64,000 nucleotides of DNA from Negaprion brevirostris. Taxonomy: Eukaryota. The DNA lies in contig JARDVH010000073.1 of NCBI GenBank assembly GCA_030324005.1, positions 67,763,748 through 67,827,747 of the forward strand, in the 5' to 3' direction. Both the position numbers and the translations under genes were made by a program. Each line of letters opens with the position of its first letter. Within the stretch, counting starts at the first letter, position 1. Positions 37,883 through 51,638 of the stretch are shown piece by piece. Below the pieces are notes generated by a model, which saw only the letters and a program-made list of their open reading frames with translations, had not been told where the DNA came from and did no database searches.

Positions 37883-39849
37883 TTGAAAACCTTCAACAAA
37901 ATAATTTTGTAATGGTACCAGACAATTCCAGAGGTCAAAGCAGGGGTGGTGAAGGAGAAGAAATATGCGCTGGTGCTTATATTTGGATATTAGGAAATGA
38001 TTTTTTCAGGGTGGGCCAAAGGTTATCCAGAAAGAAAAGGCTTGCATTTAAGTATCCCAAAAAGCTTCAGACACAATGAAGTATACAAATTGTTGGGAAT
38101 TGCTCACATTGCTGAGCTTTAACTCTAGGTGTTTATGTGGATGTGTCCACAAGGGAGAAACTGAGAACAAGGTTACAACAAGAAATGTCTCTTGCCAACT
38201 GACAACCAATGAGCTACACTCTGTATATTAAAATCTTAGGATTTATGGTTTAAATTAAATTTGCTCGATCCTAAAGTCGAGGTTACTGTCCTCACATTTT
38301 CCAACTATTTTAAAACAAACTAAACCAAGAATATTACCAAATACTTGCATTAGAATCCTGATCTTTATTTCAACAGAAAAACTGCTCAAGGAGCAGGAAG
38401 AAAGATCCTCAAGGAGAAGATGGCAAGGTTGAATAAAACTCATGAGACAATAGCCTGGCACATTTAAATTTGGAATTCTCTAAGAAAATGCCCTTCTCAG
38501 ATAATATGATCCTGGTCACAATATTTTTCAAAAAATTGCTTCTATTGGTGAAAAGCTTCACAACAAAAATTTAGATTAATAGTTGAAAATTAGACCTCAC
38601 CTTGTGAAGGGAAAAGGCACGACAAAATTTGAAATGGCTGGATGTACAAAGAAAATGCCTCAGTATAAAGTGTTTACAGGAAAATCATTGATGTTTGTGG
38701 TTGTTAGTTTATCATGAAATCTTAGTCACTGTTTAATGCCTCAAATACGGGTAGTTTTTTTGTTCTAAAAAACAGAAGGAGCTGTCACAAGATGTGCTTA
38801 ATCTCCTTTCACAAACCTTAAATCAAGGGCAACATTTGGCATCATAAATGAATCCATTACCTGGCAATTTAGCTGTTTACTTACACACTTAAAATGAGCC
38901 CTAAATGTCACGTACAGGTTTCAGAAATCAGCTAGCTGGAAAAACATTGTATCTTTATAACATTATTTTTTATCTTTATGATGAGCTTTTGACTGAGATT
39001 TTTGTGAGCCATGTGAACTGGCTTACAGTTTTACCTAGTGTTCTCTCCTAGTCATACTATCCCAATAAGTAATCCAATGTATAAAAAGGCACATCAGACA
39101 GTCTCCGATTAATAGACAGCACAGGCCCACTTCAAGTTAGATGGAGTTGTCATGGAAATACGGAAATGGATCAGCTTCCAACACAGATTTTCCCTTTAAT
39201 ATTGTGGTGGATTCCACAACAATTGTAGCCACGAATGGAAGCCTTTGCATGCAATCTTGCAGATACTCAGCTAAGTCTTTATTGGAGAACAGGTTTTCTG
39301 GATAATGAACCATTAGCTGATGGAAGTCCATATAGACCAAACAAGAAGTTTCTTCAAAAGGCTAGCACAGAAAGGCTCTGACACTCCAGTCAGAAAGGAC
39401 ACCCATCTCTTCCCCTCTTCTGGAGTGAATCTAGTGAATTTTGCCAGCCAGCTACATGAGTCTAAACCACAGCGGCAGCAATGATACTTTGTACAAGTCC
39501 AAAAGGGGTCAGATGTCCCTGCCACAGTAAAGCGAATAGAGTTGTTTAGACTTCTGCTTTTTAACAGGTGAAACGAATCAGAATAATCTAAGCAATACAT
39601 TTTGTGGAAATTTCAGTCTTTACTATGGAATATCAATTTAAGCAATAGATTTCTGTCAGATAAGAAACAGGGCTTCAATGACCCTGGTCATGTTCACCGA
39701 TTTTTAAAAAGATGCCAGCAACAAAAATATGAAAATATAAAAACACAAGATGACAAGTTCACTAAAATATTTCAGGCTATGTCTGTATCTTCCTGTCAAT
39801 TTAGGAATGTTCAGAGCTGATAAAGACAGTTTGGAACTTAATCCAAATC

Positions 39850-39851
<2 letters not shown>

Positions 39852-39882
<31 letters not shown>
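39852..39882. repeat. (CA)n microsatellite
   Basis: Directly visible. Confidence 0.9.
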
Positions 39883-39888
<6 letters not shown>

Positions 39889-41992
39889 TCTATCTGGATT
39901 CATAGGCATGGGCATCTCAGCCAGGAGCTGGTGCCTCCAGAAGAGAAAAGGAAACAGAGGGAAATCATTGAATTTCTTGTTAATGGTCCCTGTTTCACCC
40001 AACCTCATCTCACACAAAAGGATTAAAATATTATCAGTGACACAAACTTCTAATTGGAGAGTTTGTAATGGATTAAACCTCATGGTTTCCTTACAGGCAA
40101 TGGGAACAAGGTTACTCAGGGAAGTTTAAAACCTGGCCATTTCAATCCTCTCCTTATGCTGCAACATCAAAATACTTCTAAAGTCTAAACCTGCCAGGTT
40201 GTGACCTATGGCAAATAGTACTTCTTTCTTCCAAAAAATATCCTAAGATCATGGAGAATAAACTACATTATTTGTGGTTACTTGCAAAATAATTAACATG
40301 CTGTAAAGCAAACAGAAGAGGACATGTGCTATCTGCCACAACCTTGTTTTAAGTTAAGTATGATTATAGTAGTGCCAATTCAGAATGGACAGGCTCTTAT
40401 TAAATTGTTGGGTTGCATACCTTGAAAAAAAATAGCACCAATAACAAACAGCCAGGAATGAGGCACTACAACCACCCACTAATGAACGATATGCAAAAAT
40501 GCAAGCTTGCTGTCAATGATAAGTCATTTAATATTTTTGTTTTTCTATTTTTAAACAGTGAACATTAAAATAAGAACTTAGATGACCAGTTTCACACTGC
40601 CAATGATGCATAGCAATACCAATGTTGCAAGCTCCAATATAAATGATTCAAAAATGGAAAAATTGCAGTCAGTTACCACAAAGTTTCCAGGTAAAAGCCG
40701 AACCAGGTTTCCTCCCTTTGAAGAAAATGGATTAAGTAGCTCTCCTTATTTATTGTGAAATGCCAGCTGGAAAGGAAGTTAATAATGGAGTGCCAATCAG
40801 GGCTTACAGTACTTGTCTAGACCACTCTTACAAGTGTACAAAAATCTCAAGTCCGACAATAGACAGTTAAAAGAGCATGACAACCTGAAGTAGGCCACAG
40901 ATTTATAATTCCATTGTCAGTCCAACTTCCACAAGCATCTGGAATTGGTCACTCTCTCTCTGAACAAGTCAGTTCCCTCATAGTGCCACTAATATTCCAG
41001 AGAGGAAAAGCTCCCTCTCTAAACAAAGCATTTTTTAAAAATTAAAATGACGCAATTTAGATTGCATCTTAATATTCTTAAGCTTTTAAAACTTTCAAAG
41101 CTGATCCAACAAATGGCATTTTTGATATCCTATTTCCACAGGGAGAGCACTTTGCACATTAGAATGAATTTACAATATCTCAGACTAGTCACATGAATGA
41201 AATGTTTCTCCGCACCCACCCCACCCCCCAACTTTTCAGATCACGTGGACCTGCACGGATTCTGTGAAACCAGTACAGAGATTTTAATTGTGAAATACAT
41301 ATGCTGCATTGTTAACAAAAAATGGCACACAGCACCATGAAACTGAAAATCTTTTGACAAATCCATTTTCTCACAAGGCAATCAAAAATGTGTAACACTG
41401 GCACCATTACAATGTGCGTTTCTCTTACATACTCACACATATATATATATAAAAATCAGGTTTGGGTGTTCAGTAAAAACATCATCTGCAAAATTCAGTT
41501 TCAGGTGTATCCAGCATGGAAATATCCCAGCAATAGAAATTCTCTGTAAATGTAGCACTATTGAACAAATTTATTATTTTTTAAAACTGATTTAATTGTC
41601 TGTCTCATGTGCTAAGAGTACCAGGATAGGGTAGGAAAAGAAATATTCAGAATTTAAACCACAAGAGGTCAACACAAAAGACAAGTTCTCCATCTGCATT
41701 CCCACCACAGTGATTATCAAGTCTACAAATTAACAAAAAGAGCCACGGAATCCAGCCCCGGACTCACAATGATTTAACCCCATCCCTAATGCCTGTGCAC
41801 GTATACGGAGCCACAAACTCCACACAGACCAAGCAGGGTACAACCCCATCCCTAACTAAAAGGGTGCACCCTATAATTTGATAACATGTCTCCTGTGTGC
41901 TGCCACACAAAGTACATTGCCATGAACATTTAGAAAAAAGTAGAGCAACCTGATTTGACTCCAGTAGTGGTTTAAGACATTAATGCTTTATC

Positions 41993-42166
41993 CTATTTGG
42001 CTGAAAAGATTTCAGTATAATTTTCAAAGAGTAATTGAGTGAAGTGATTAATGGGGTTGATGGCATTAAGTGAAATTGCAGCATCCTTTGACCACAAGAG
42101 AGCGGGTCCAAACACCAAAGCCAAATTGGACGCAGTCATTTTATTCAGGTCACTGTTGTCAGCAAT
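41993..42166 (-). CDS. ARHGAP1: ARHGAP1-like terminal coding exon
   Basis: ttcccAG| then IADNSDLNKMTASNLALVFGPALLWSKDAAISLNAINPINHFTQLLFENYTEIFSAK*. All 11 exons join in frame (1163 bp). Confidence 0.92.
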   Translation of the reverse strand: MADNSDLNKMTASNLALVFGPALLWSKDAAISLNAINPINHFTQLLFENYTEIFSAK

Positions 42167-42539
42167 CTGGGAACAAACAGAAAACACAATGAGGTCATGT
42201 TAATAAATCAAACACCTGGGAAGGACTTTAAACATTTATTCTTCNNNNNNNGAAGAATTAAAACCTCTTTTTCAGATTTCCTCTTGCTCAAACTACCCAA
42301 ACATATCAGAAAGGAACTCTACCTTTGCTGAAGTATACGAGTGCCTAGTATCTGCACTGTGAAAAAACATTTATTCTTTTAATTGTTGTACCGACCCACG
42401 AAGGACATAACCTAGCTGACCCACCTGGCAATGAATCAATCGCAGGTGTAAAAGCTTTGACACTAGAATATTAATATTCCTCCAGTCTGTGCTACCAGAG
42501 TCAGCAATCTTGATGTTAGCTGAATACCTGCTCAGTTAG

Positions 42540-42725
42540 GTCACAGAATTCCTACAGTACAGAACAAGGCCATTCAGCCCATCAAGTCTGCATCGACTCT
42601 CTGACAGAGTATTTTACCCTGGCCCCCCACTCTATCCTTGTAACCTCACACATTTACCATGGCTAATCCATCCAACCTACACACCTTGGGGCACTCGGAT
42701 TGGCCATGGTGAATTTCCCCCACCT
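42540..42725 (-). mobile_element. HE1-like SINE 3' fragment
   Basis: ggccattcagcccatcaagtctgca...catttaccatggctaatcc. Confidence 0.65.
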
Positions 42726-44701
42726 AAACGGCTATGGATCAAGGCTTTCACACATGATAAAAGCACACAACTTACTCCCAAGTCATTTTTATGTATATAG
42801 CATGGATCCTGAATCAAACACATTGGCTGCAGCACATACAGAATATGCTCTAACTGCTCTGAAAGCCACTGACCATTCAGAGAATAACAAAGTGCAATAG
42901 TCTACTGCTTAATGTGCTAACCTTTGATTAACATTTTAATGAACTTATCCAACCTTTACTCTATATGATGCCTTATACATCAATAGAATGATAATTCCTT
43001 TCAATGGAAACATGTTGGTGAAACACTTAGTGGCCATCCTACTGACATTGATTAAGATGTATTAGGTCAAGCACTGAGGCTTGAGTTGTGCCTTGATGGT
43101 CTTAAGCAGGAAATCTATTAGTTCAGTATGTATTTTCCATATAGAACAAGATATTAAAGGAATTTTTAAAATGTAAAACATTAACACGCATGCACGTGTA
43201 AATAAATTATTTGAAAATATTTCTGCTGCAGCTCTAAGCTCATGGTGATGAAACATCAGCACAAAGTAAATCTTATTCACCTTGCATGACAATAACACCA
43301 AGGTTCAAATCAATGTACTCAGCAGGCAGGGACATTTAGCACAAAACTGAAGTCCCAGGCAGAAATTAACTGCTCACATGGCTTTTGACAAGCTAAGCTC
43401 ACATGAAGCTCATTAGCTGAGCTTCGTCAGGCCAATGGACAGGCTCCCACAGTGGGCAAAGGTTAGTTACAAAGGCCAGGTGCTCTGAATCATTGTCCCA
43501 ACTATCTCAAGACACAGAGGTTTTTTTAATGCTCACAGGTTGAAAGCCCCTAACAGTACATCCAGAGTCAGATTCTAGGGCCTTCCTGGCAAATATCTTA
43601 GTAGACTACCATTTTACAACATCAAGTACCTCCTGTTGCATCTGAAATAAATATACCCTGGGTGTCATTTTACAAGGTGAAGTGACGAAGCATTAGATTT
43701 TTCACAGTGCACTACTTCTCCTAAAGAAACTCCTGATTGCACTAAAATTTGCCACATTCTGAAGACAAGCTGGACATCACAGATGATGGTTCTGGTGGAG
43801 TGTGCATGTATGTGGACAGAATGTCCTTTTCCTTAAAAACTACAAAGCACATCTTGAGACCAAAGTCAAGCAACACAATGTATGAATACACCCAAGCTAG
43901 AAATAATAATGTTTTAAGCTCATCGGGGCATCTGGAATACAATCTCTCAAAATAGGGGCAAACCTTTGCATTGGCTCTCTTAAATGTTTGCTAAATTTTC
44001 AGTAAGGTTTCAATTTTCCCAAAGGCTGAGATTCAATTTGTAATAGATTAAAAATAATTCTAAAACTTAGCTCTTTGTAATTCTAGCTAACAGGCTTGGG
44101 GGTTGGTGGAAGAGGAGGGCTTTGTATGAGCACATATAAGCTCAAAGTTTATTAAACTAAGGTTTAATAGTCACAAGTAGGCTTACATTAACACTAATGA
44201 AGTGCTGTTGACTGTGTCAGCGTAATAATCATAGCGCTGAGCCCATCTGCAGATTAGGAAGGTGCAAAGATCCTCAGCCCACTACTATTGCCTTATCATA
44301 TAGGTCTGTGTAGAATACTCTTCATATTGCAACTCAACTGGGCACTGCCACCACTGGTCTTGACTTACTGCTCAGAAACTTTACTAGTCAAGGTGAAAGA
44401 TGTCAGCTTTGTTGGGGGTTCAGTTCCCATCTCTCAAGTTTTGAGATTAACTACACAGAAAAGCTCCTTGCAGAAGTTTCACAAAGCAATGAATCCCCCC
44501 AACACCAAGCTTACAACAATCACTATCCTAAGAGGGTGGAAGAATCTACTGCACAAGAACCTTTTGGGCAGAGGAAAATCCACTGCATTCAGTGCCCTGA
44601 GTCAATGCTTCCCATCAGCCAATCAAAAATACCTTTAAAAACTATTTGTCTGGGCAGATGTGACAAGGGATAAGTTCCAATGACAACACAACTAAACTTA
44701 C

Positions 44702-44805
44702 CACTCCCAGTAATTTCACCAAATAATGCAGCACCGCATAGTTATCCTGAGGAAGAGACTGAATCATCTCACCAATGGTTTCAATCTGTTTATTCTGTGG
44801 CACTT
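44702..44805 (-). CDS. ARHGAP1: ARHGAP1-like exon (104 bp), RhoGAP domain
   Basis: attAG|...|GTaagt. Encodes KVPQNKQIETIGEMIQSLPQDNYAVLHYLVKLLGV. Confidence 0.9.
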
Positions 44806-44944
44806 CTAATTCGTGAGGGGAAAAAAAACAAATAGTCACAGAAAGTAAAGAAGGAACAACCATGCATGTACTTGCAAACAAGCACAACTGGCTTAAGTCA
44901 ACATTGTGCACCACCATAAAGATGCTAATTCACCAAGATATATT

Positions 44945-45257
44945 ATAGAATCCACACAGTCCAGAAGGAGGCCATTCAGCCCATCAAGTCTGCACCAACC
45001 ACAGTCCCACCAAGGCCCTATTCTCATAACCCCACATACTTACCCTGCTAATCCACCTGACACTAGGGGTAACTTAGCATGGCCAATCAACCTAACCTGC
45101 ACATCTTTGGACTGTAGGAGGAAACCAGAGCACCCGGAGGAAAAACACACAGACATGGGGGAGAACTTGCAAACTTCACACAGTGACAGTGACCCAAGGC
45201 CGGAATTGAACCCGGGTCCCTGGCACCATGAGGCAGCAGTGCTAACTACCATACCAC
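44945..45257 (-). mobile_element. HE1-like SINE, near full length
   Basis: Minus strand: gtggtatggtagttagcactgctgcctca...gggttcaattcc, V-domain, CR1-derived tail. Confidence 0.85.
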
Positions 45258-46261
45258 GTTATATGTATTAATCTAAGTTGGAATTTGTTCACCACTTTCC
45301 ATAGCATTGCACAGATTTGCCTGAAGGTCTGAAAGCAAAGCAATCTTTTCAGGCCGTTGCTTAGTTTAGCGATGGTGGAGAACTGATAATATGGCAGGGC
45401 TTGAGTGAATTCTGTAACTGTGTTCCTTCCAGCAAAGTAGTGAGCTACATAACAAGTTCCAGGCTTTATCACAAGATCACAGACATAGAACCAGAAGTAG
45501 GCTATTCAGCTATTGAGTCTGCCCCGCCATTCAATGGAATCAAGATGATCTTTGATGGCAATTTCAATTTGGTCTTTTAGAATGTGTTTTGCAAATTTCT
45601 CTCTCTTACCACAGAGTGCCCTCTAACCTGCAGTATAACAAACAATCAGCTCCCATACCTCAGCACATTACATTCTTCAATCTATAATAATGTCACACTG
45701 GGGTTGCTTGCCCTCAGATTAATTCTTTCCCTGTTTTCATCGGGGTTGAGGATGGGATGGGGTCAGAGAGTGTGGTTCCGGCCTCCACTCAATGCCTTTT
45801 TTCCTAAGAGTGTGCAGTTGAGAATGAGAAGCATGTCAGGTATGTTCAACGACAAGGAATCAAGCTTATGTGTGCAAGCATCTAGTTTTAGCACTCTTTC
45901 TGCAACACATACTCCAGTATGTAACAGTCACCATCGCACACCTCCACTATGACTAGGTTTGAGATGGGAAAGATTCTTCCTGCGATTGGTTTATTTAGAA
46001 CTGGAATGTTGCTTGGGGTGCATTAGTGAGCTTAAGTTGGAGCCTGGTGAGTGAGGGAGCTTGAAGGGTTAATTTCTATCTAAAGTCTCGTCTTTTCTTT
46101 AAATTAGCAATTAATGGAAAGTTGTTCTTTGGGTTGGGTTTTAAATCAGGGGTTTTCAGGCTCAGCTTGGAGCTACAGCGAATTAATTTGACAACTGCCT
46201 TAAACTAGTTTTCAGAGGCTTGAGTCAGGAAGCATAAAAACAGCCTTAAGTGCTGCCTTGG

Positions 46262-46915
46262 TGTGCATGTACATAAATATTCAAGATGGCAGGGCATGTT
46301 AACAGAGCAGTTAATAAAGCATATAGCATGTTGGCTTTATTAATAGGGGCATTGAGTACAAGAGTAAGGATATCATGTTGAACTTACATAAGACACTAGT
46401 TAGGCTTCATCTGGAGTTCTGCGTCCCAATCTGGGCACCACACTCAATGTAGGGAGTGAAGGTATTGGAGAGAGCACGGAGGAGATTCACAAGAATGATT
46501 TCAGGGATAAACAACTGCAGCTGTGTGGATAGACTGAAGAGGTTGGCACTGCTTTCCTTGGAGAAAAGGCTGTGAGAGGAGACATGATAGAGGTATTCAA
46601 GATCCTGAGAGATATGAACAGGGTAAATGGAGAACCTGTTCCCACTCAGAGCATCAAATACTAGAGATCCTGATCCAAAGTAAATCGGTAAAAGGAGTAA
46701 AAGTGATACAAGTGTGGTTGGGGTCTGGAATGCTTTTTCTGAGGGTGGAGGAAGGTTCAAGGATGTATTCAAAAGGGAATCAGACTGCTACCTGAAAAGA
46801 ATGTGCAAGGTTTCAGGTGGGGAGTGGGACTTGGAAGAATGCTCTTTGAGAGCCAGAACAGGCTCAATGGGCAGAATGGCTTCCTCCTGCACTGTAAAGA
46901 TTCTATGTGGTGTAT
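46262..46915 (+). mobile_element. CR1 3' fragment
   Basis: MLNLHKTLVRLHLEFC, RRFTRMISG, VVGVWNA motifs. Confidence 0.8.
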
Positions 46916-47344
46916 GATACTGAGCCTTGAGATCATTTCCAAAAGGTTATAACCTCAGCATGCATGGAGAGAAAAGGAGATATTTAAAGTAAAGCTTATT
47001 TATTAGTCACAAATAGGCTTGCAACCTGTTGTAAATGCTTTAAATAATAAATACTTTTTAGTTAATATTGTGCTTTTTAAGGTAAGAGAACTAGAAACTG
47101 GTGAATGGAACACCTTCAATTTTTGATGATTGAGCACTCCCGCGTCAAGTATAATACAGAAAGTAAAGTTCCCCCTCATCAGTCTCAGTTTCGGAAAAAC
47201 ACCAGCCCAATGAATCAATGAGACTCTTCCATTCTTCAGATCTGTCTTTGTAAGAGTTTTGACTTAGTTTGGCACTAATTGACACAGACTAGTTCTGCGC
47301 CTACACCCATTAGAAAATAGATCAAGTCTACAAACAAGCTCATT

Positions 47345-47985
47345 ATGTCAGAAGAGACATTACACAAAAGCTCAGTCTGCTCTCTCTACTTTATGTAAAA
47401 GATCTCATGGCTCAATTTGAAGAATTGGGAGTATCTGGACCAACAATTATCCCTCAATCTTATCAATAAAGTTTGAAATGCTGCAGCTTTTTGCTGTAGA
47501 AAAGGATATGGGGTAACCCGAAAGAGGTCTAAAAGATAATGAAAGAGTTTGACAGGGTAGAGAAAATGTTTCCACCTACAGGGTTGTCCAAATTAGAATT
47601 CAGAAAGATATCACCAACAAACTGCAATAGGGAATACAGGAGAAACTGCTTTGCCCAGAGAGTAGGAAGAAACGTGGAACTTATAGGGAGTAGCCACAGC
47701 GAATAGCATAGATATAATAAAGGGAAACTAGATAAGCACGAGGGAGAAATGAACAGGCCATGCTGATAGTGTTGGATAAGGGTGAGAATAGGTTCTTGTG
47801 AGTGTAATGCCAGCACAGAGAAGTTAGATCATCTGTGTATAGACTTTATATCATGTGAGCAACACCACTGATGTAGATTACCTGGTTGCTATGGCATTGC
47901 GGCATTGCTGCATTCCCCACATTACAACAGTGCCTTAAGTGAAAAGCACCTCTGATTGTAATGACTGTGGAACATGCTAGAAAGA
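47345..47985 (+). mobile_element. DeuSINE-like remnant interrupted by a CR1 3' fragment (~47510-47830)
   Basis: gaagagacatta...gtctgctctc...gtaaaagatctcatggc...ccaacaattatccctcaa resembles the recalled Deu domain. Confidence 0.45.
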
Positions 47986-48466
47986 AATTACATTATTTAA
48001 CATCTTCCATAACATCAGGTGCTTTACAACTGGTGAAGTATTTCTGAAGTGTAGTCACTTACATTGTAAGGAAGCGCAGCAATCTAAGGTAACCTAATCA
48101 GGACATTCAGAATAAAAGGTGAAACCATCCCAAACAACGGTAGTCATCTATCAACGTGCATTATAAACAGTGACCTTTGATTGTTTGATAACTCAATAAA
48201 ATTATTGCTTTCTGGAGACTGTGTAGTTAGCTGTGCTATGATATCTGAAACTGTCTACAAGGTGTAATGTTTCATTATTTTAAACGTAGCGGTTTTGAGT
48301 AGCAATTAAGGACCAAATCTAGCCAGACTGTTTAATGTAATTCTTTCCAAATAGCAATTTTTCAAAGGGAAGCTTGCTAGATCAAGACAATAAATATTCT
48401 GGAAAATTCAAAGTAGCAAAGGTTATAACACAATGCAAGAGGCTGGCTCTTAAGTGTAAAACTTAC

Positions 48467-48595
48467 TTCCAAATGAGATCACTCGATCATACAGACTGTA
48501 GGTCAGCAGAGGCTGAGGCAATTCACGAAGGAAGGTCTTTAGCATTACAGCTGCCAAGTGAACATCCTTGTAGGCGTCAAAGTCCACAGGAACAC
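48467..48595 (-). CDS. ARHGAP1: ARHGAP1-like exon (129 bp), RhoGAP domain
   Basis: tgcAG|...|GTaagt. Encodes [43 protein letters not shown]. Confidence 0.92.
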
Positions 48596-49994
48596 CTGCA
48601 CAACAATGGAAAAGTATTTCAAACAAACATCTCTCACTAAATGCCAAGTGATAAATGGACAGATGCTCAGAACCAAGATCCGTAATAAGGTGCAAATGTA
48701 CAGAGCACGTGTGTAAACTGTGACACTGTGGCTCACATTTCATATATTAAACTTATAATTCACACTCTGCATTCTGTACAAACATGGCTCTGAGCAAATA
48801 CTTCACCAGGACATTTCGGTTTACATGTTGGATTGATTTAAATAAAGCCACATGGACTGTGACATTTAAAATTCATTTGTCAAAAGAAATGCCAGGTAAC
48901 TTGTCTGCTTTGATGAATTCCATTTCATGTGCAATGAAATGACCATGGATAATCACCACTGCTCTTCACTGCTGTTTTTAGTCTCACTTTATGTTGCTGC
49001 CTACATGAAATTTTTAGTTCAAAGTTGAAAATCTGACTTCTGATTTGACTTCTGGCTTTTGTGTCAGCATTTNNNNNNNNNNTTTTATCTGATTCTTCCA
49101 CTTTCCTCATGCAATGTAGACTGGCATCACAGATTTTTTCATGATGCAGTGTACACAGGAAAGGGGGCAATCTAACTTCTATTTCCCAATTTCATGTTGA
49201 AAATGTTTCTAAATTGGTGCAACACCAGAAAATCTGACAAAACTCAGCAAACCATAGTCAGGAGGATGCCAAATCCCATCCCAACCTTGTTCGATGGTCA
49301 CAGCACAGATCACTGTACTAAACCACAGGAGTACCTGAGCTGCAAGTACCTACAATCAAGCCTAGCGCCACTTGCGGCTCCTTTGCATCACCTGTGACCC
49401 TTGACAGATTACATGTCTGGATGGAAGAGGGCTTTCATTCACAATATCCGGCCTGAATTAAGATATAGCATTTTCTTTCTCTTATTCACTAACAGAAAGC
49501 AAGGAGAACACAAACATATGGGAATAGTTGATGTAACAGAATTACAGATCTTACTTTCCTGCCTTCGTGCTGAAAACCTTGATAAGTGTTGAAGTAAAAG
49601 TGAGGGTATGATACAGATTCATGAGAATGCTGCATATTATGAAACACAAATACAAAGAAAGTTTATAAAAATTGGGAGTTTTGGTTAGAAGAGTACAAAA
49701 GGATGATTTGATAAACATGCTAAAAATAATGATAGGTTGAGACAGAAGAATTGAGAAAAAGACATACATTTAAGATTTCTTACATCTAAGAGAATTAAGA
49801 CAGGAAGAGAAATCTTATAACAGTGGGAGTTGTCACATTGCAGAATCCACTACTGAAGTTAGTGGTTGCAGCTGATACCATCATTCAAGATTAGGTTCAA
49901 AAGGAAATTGAAGGAAAAGTGGAAAAAAAAGGACAAAGAAAGAAAATAGGTACAAGGGACTGAGACTACAAGCACATTAGCAGCAATTTCTTTG

Positions 49995-50282
49995 CGACAC
50001 GATGGCACAGTGGTTAGCGCTGCTGCCTCACAGCACCAGAGACCCTGGTTCAATTCCCAGTTTGGGTCACTATCTGTGCAGAGTCTGCACGCTCTCCTCG
50101 TTTTTGTGTGGGCTTCCTCTGGGTGCTCCAATTTCCTCCTGCTGTCCAAAAGACGTGCAAGTTGGCTATGCTAAATTCACCCTCAGTGTATCCGAATAGG
50201 CACCGGAGTGTGGCAACTAGGGGATTTTCACAGTGACTTAATTGTAGTGTTAATATAAGAGTATTTGTGACACTAATAAATG
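49995..50282 (+). mobile_element. tRNA-derived V-SINE with alternative 3' tail
   Basis: gatggcacagtggttagcgctgctgcctcacagc...ggttcaattcc; tail ends ttgtgacactaataaa. Tail fragments also at ~51190-51285 (-). Confidence 0.85.
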
Positions 50283-50339
50283 AACTTCTATTCATCTGGC
50301 ATCTTTAACATAATAAGATACTTCCACAGCCATGTTAGA

Positions 50340-51030
50340 AAACAATTAGAAATTGAGCCACGTAAGATCATATTAGGCCAGATGACCAAAAACTGAACAA
50401 AGAGGCAGGGTGTCAGTCTTAAACAAGGGGACAATCTTAGATTTAAGGAGGGCATTCCTGAACTTAGGTCCTAGATTCAGCAATTAAACTCAGGTTGCTC
50501 AAAAGGTCAGAATCAGATGAGCAAAGATATCAGGGAGGGTTGTGGTGCCAGAGGAGTTTACAGAGATAAGAAACGGCAAACCCTTGGAGAGATTTGGGAA
50601 AAAAAACACGGTTGAGAATTCCAAAATCCAGGTATATTGCTCAACAGGGAGCCAATGAAGATCAGCAAGCAGGAGGGTGATCAGGACATGGGACTTGGTG
50701 CGAGTAAGGAGGCCACTTAGGATGACCCCAAGTTTCTGGAGGATAGAATGTGGGTGATCTGTCAGACGTGAGCTGGAATAGCCACATCTAGAGATAATAA
50801 ATACATGAATGGGGGCTTCAGCAACAGATGAGCTAATCAGGGTCAAAGTTAGAGGTGGAAATCAGCAGTATTACTGATATTTTGTTGACGGTATGTCTCA
50901 TGGGTCAAATATGCCACCAAGTTTCCAAACATTCTGGTTGAGATTAAACCAGACTATGTGGAAGAGGGATAGAGTCATTAGGAAGGGAACACAGTTTAGA
51001 GCAGAGAGCAAACACAATGGCTTCAATCTT
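50340..51030 (-). mobile_element. L2-clade LINE 3' ORF2 fragment
   Basis: HVFIISR..Y, LLTRTKSHVLITLLLADLHWLPV, typical of the L2 C-terminus. Confidence 0.75.
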
Positions 51031-51560
51031 CCAAATATTTAATATTACAACGCATGAGTAGCAAAGGCCAGCTAAGTGGGCCAATACCTGTTTCTGTAAA
51101 TCTGTGTTATTACTGCAGGAAGCATTATTGGAATTATAATATTAATGTGGAAGTATTTTATTATATTAAAGATGCCAGATAAATAATAGTTTATTTATTA
51201 GTGTCATAAGTATGCTTACATTAACACTACAATGAAGTCACTGTGAAAATCCCCGAGTTGCCACATTCTGGTGCCCATTCGGATATTAAATTATAATATT
51301 ACTGCAGGAAGATTTATATGCTGCTTAGATGGAACTGGATCAACATTATCCTAACACTGGATTTTGGCTTGTAGGGAGTTAACAACTCCTCTGCTGAGGT
51401 GAAAGAAGACCAGCTTGCTAAACTGGCAAGCCATCGTCAACTTTTGTTCTGTGACAAACGTTCCACATATTATTAATACGTGGGTCAAAAGATCACATCT
51501 GTAATTTTAACTTAAAATACACAAGTACATGCAATGTGATTTGTATAGCTGCCCACTCAC

Positions 51561-51638
51561 CATTATTGTATTTTTCCAGTACTTCCTTTACCATGTACAT
51601 GTTAGCGGACCTGCGGAATATCCCTTCCTTGTTCAGAC
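51561..51638 (-). CDS. ARHGAP1: ARHGAP1-like exon (78 bp), contains arginine finger
   Basis: ccttAG|...|GTgagt. Encodes GLNKEGIFRRSANMYMVKEVLEKYNNG. Confidence 0.92.

Noticed and set aside
39137-39600. Two overlapping minus-strand ORFs (95 and 67 aa) downstream of ARHGAP
   Set aside because: No recognisable homology or splice context; consistent with chance ORFs in UTR-like sequence.
41777-41855. 14 bp direct repeat aaccccatccctaa containing one telomere-like unit
   Set aside because: Only two copies; not an interstitial telomeric array.
43386-43431. Hairpin preceded by CUGACGA on the minus strand
   Set aside because: No GAAA box follows the stem, so it is not a hammerhead.
45600-45980. 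122 aa ORF with faint RTE-like motif
   Set aside because: Similarity is too weak to call by eye.
49995-50070. tRNA-like A/B boxes (also at 45180-45257 and 62560)
   Set aside because: They continue into SINE bodies, so they are SINE heads rather than tRNA genes.
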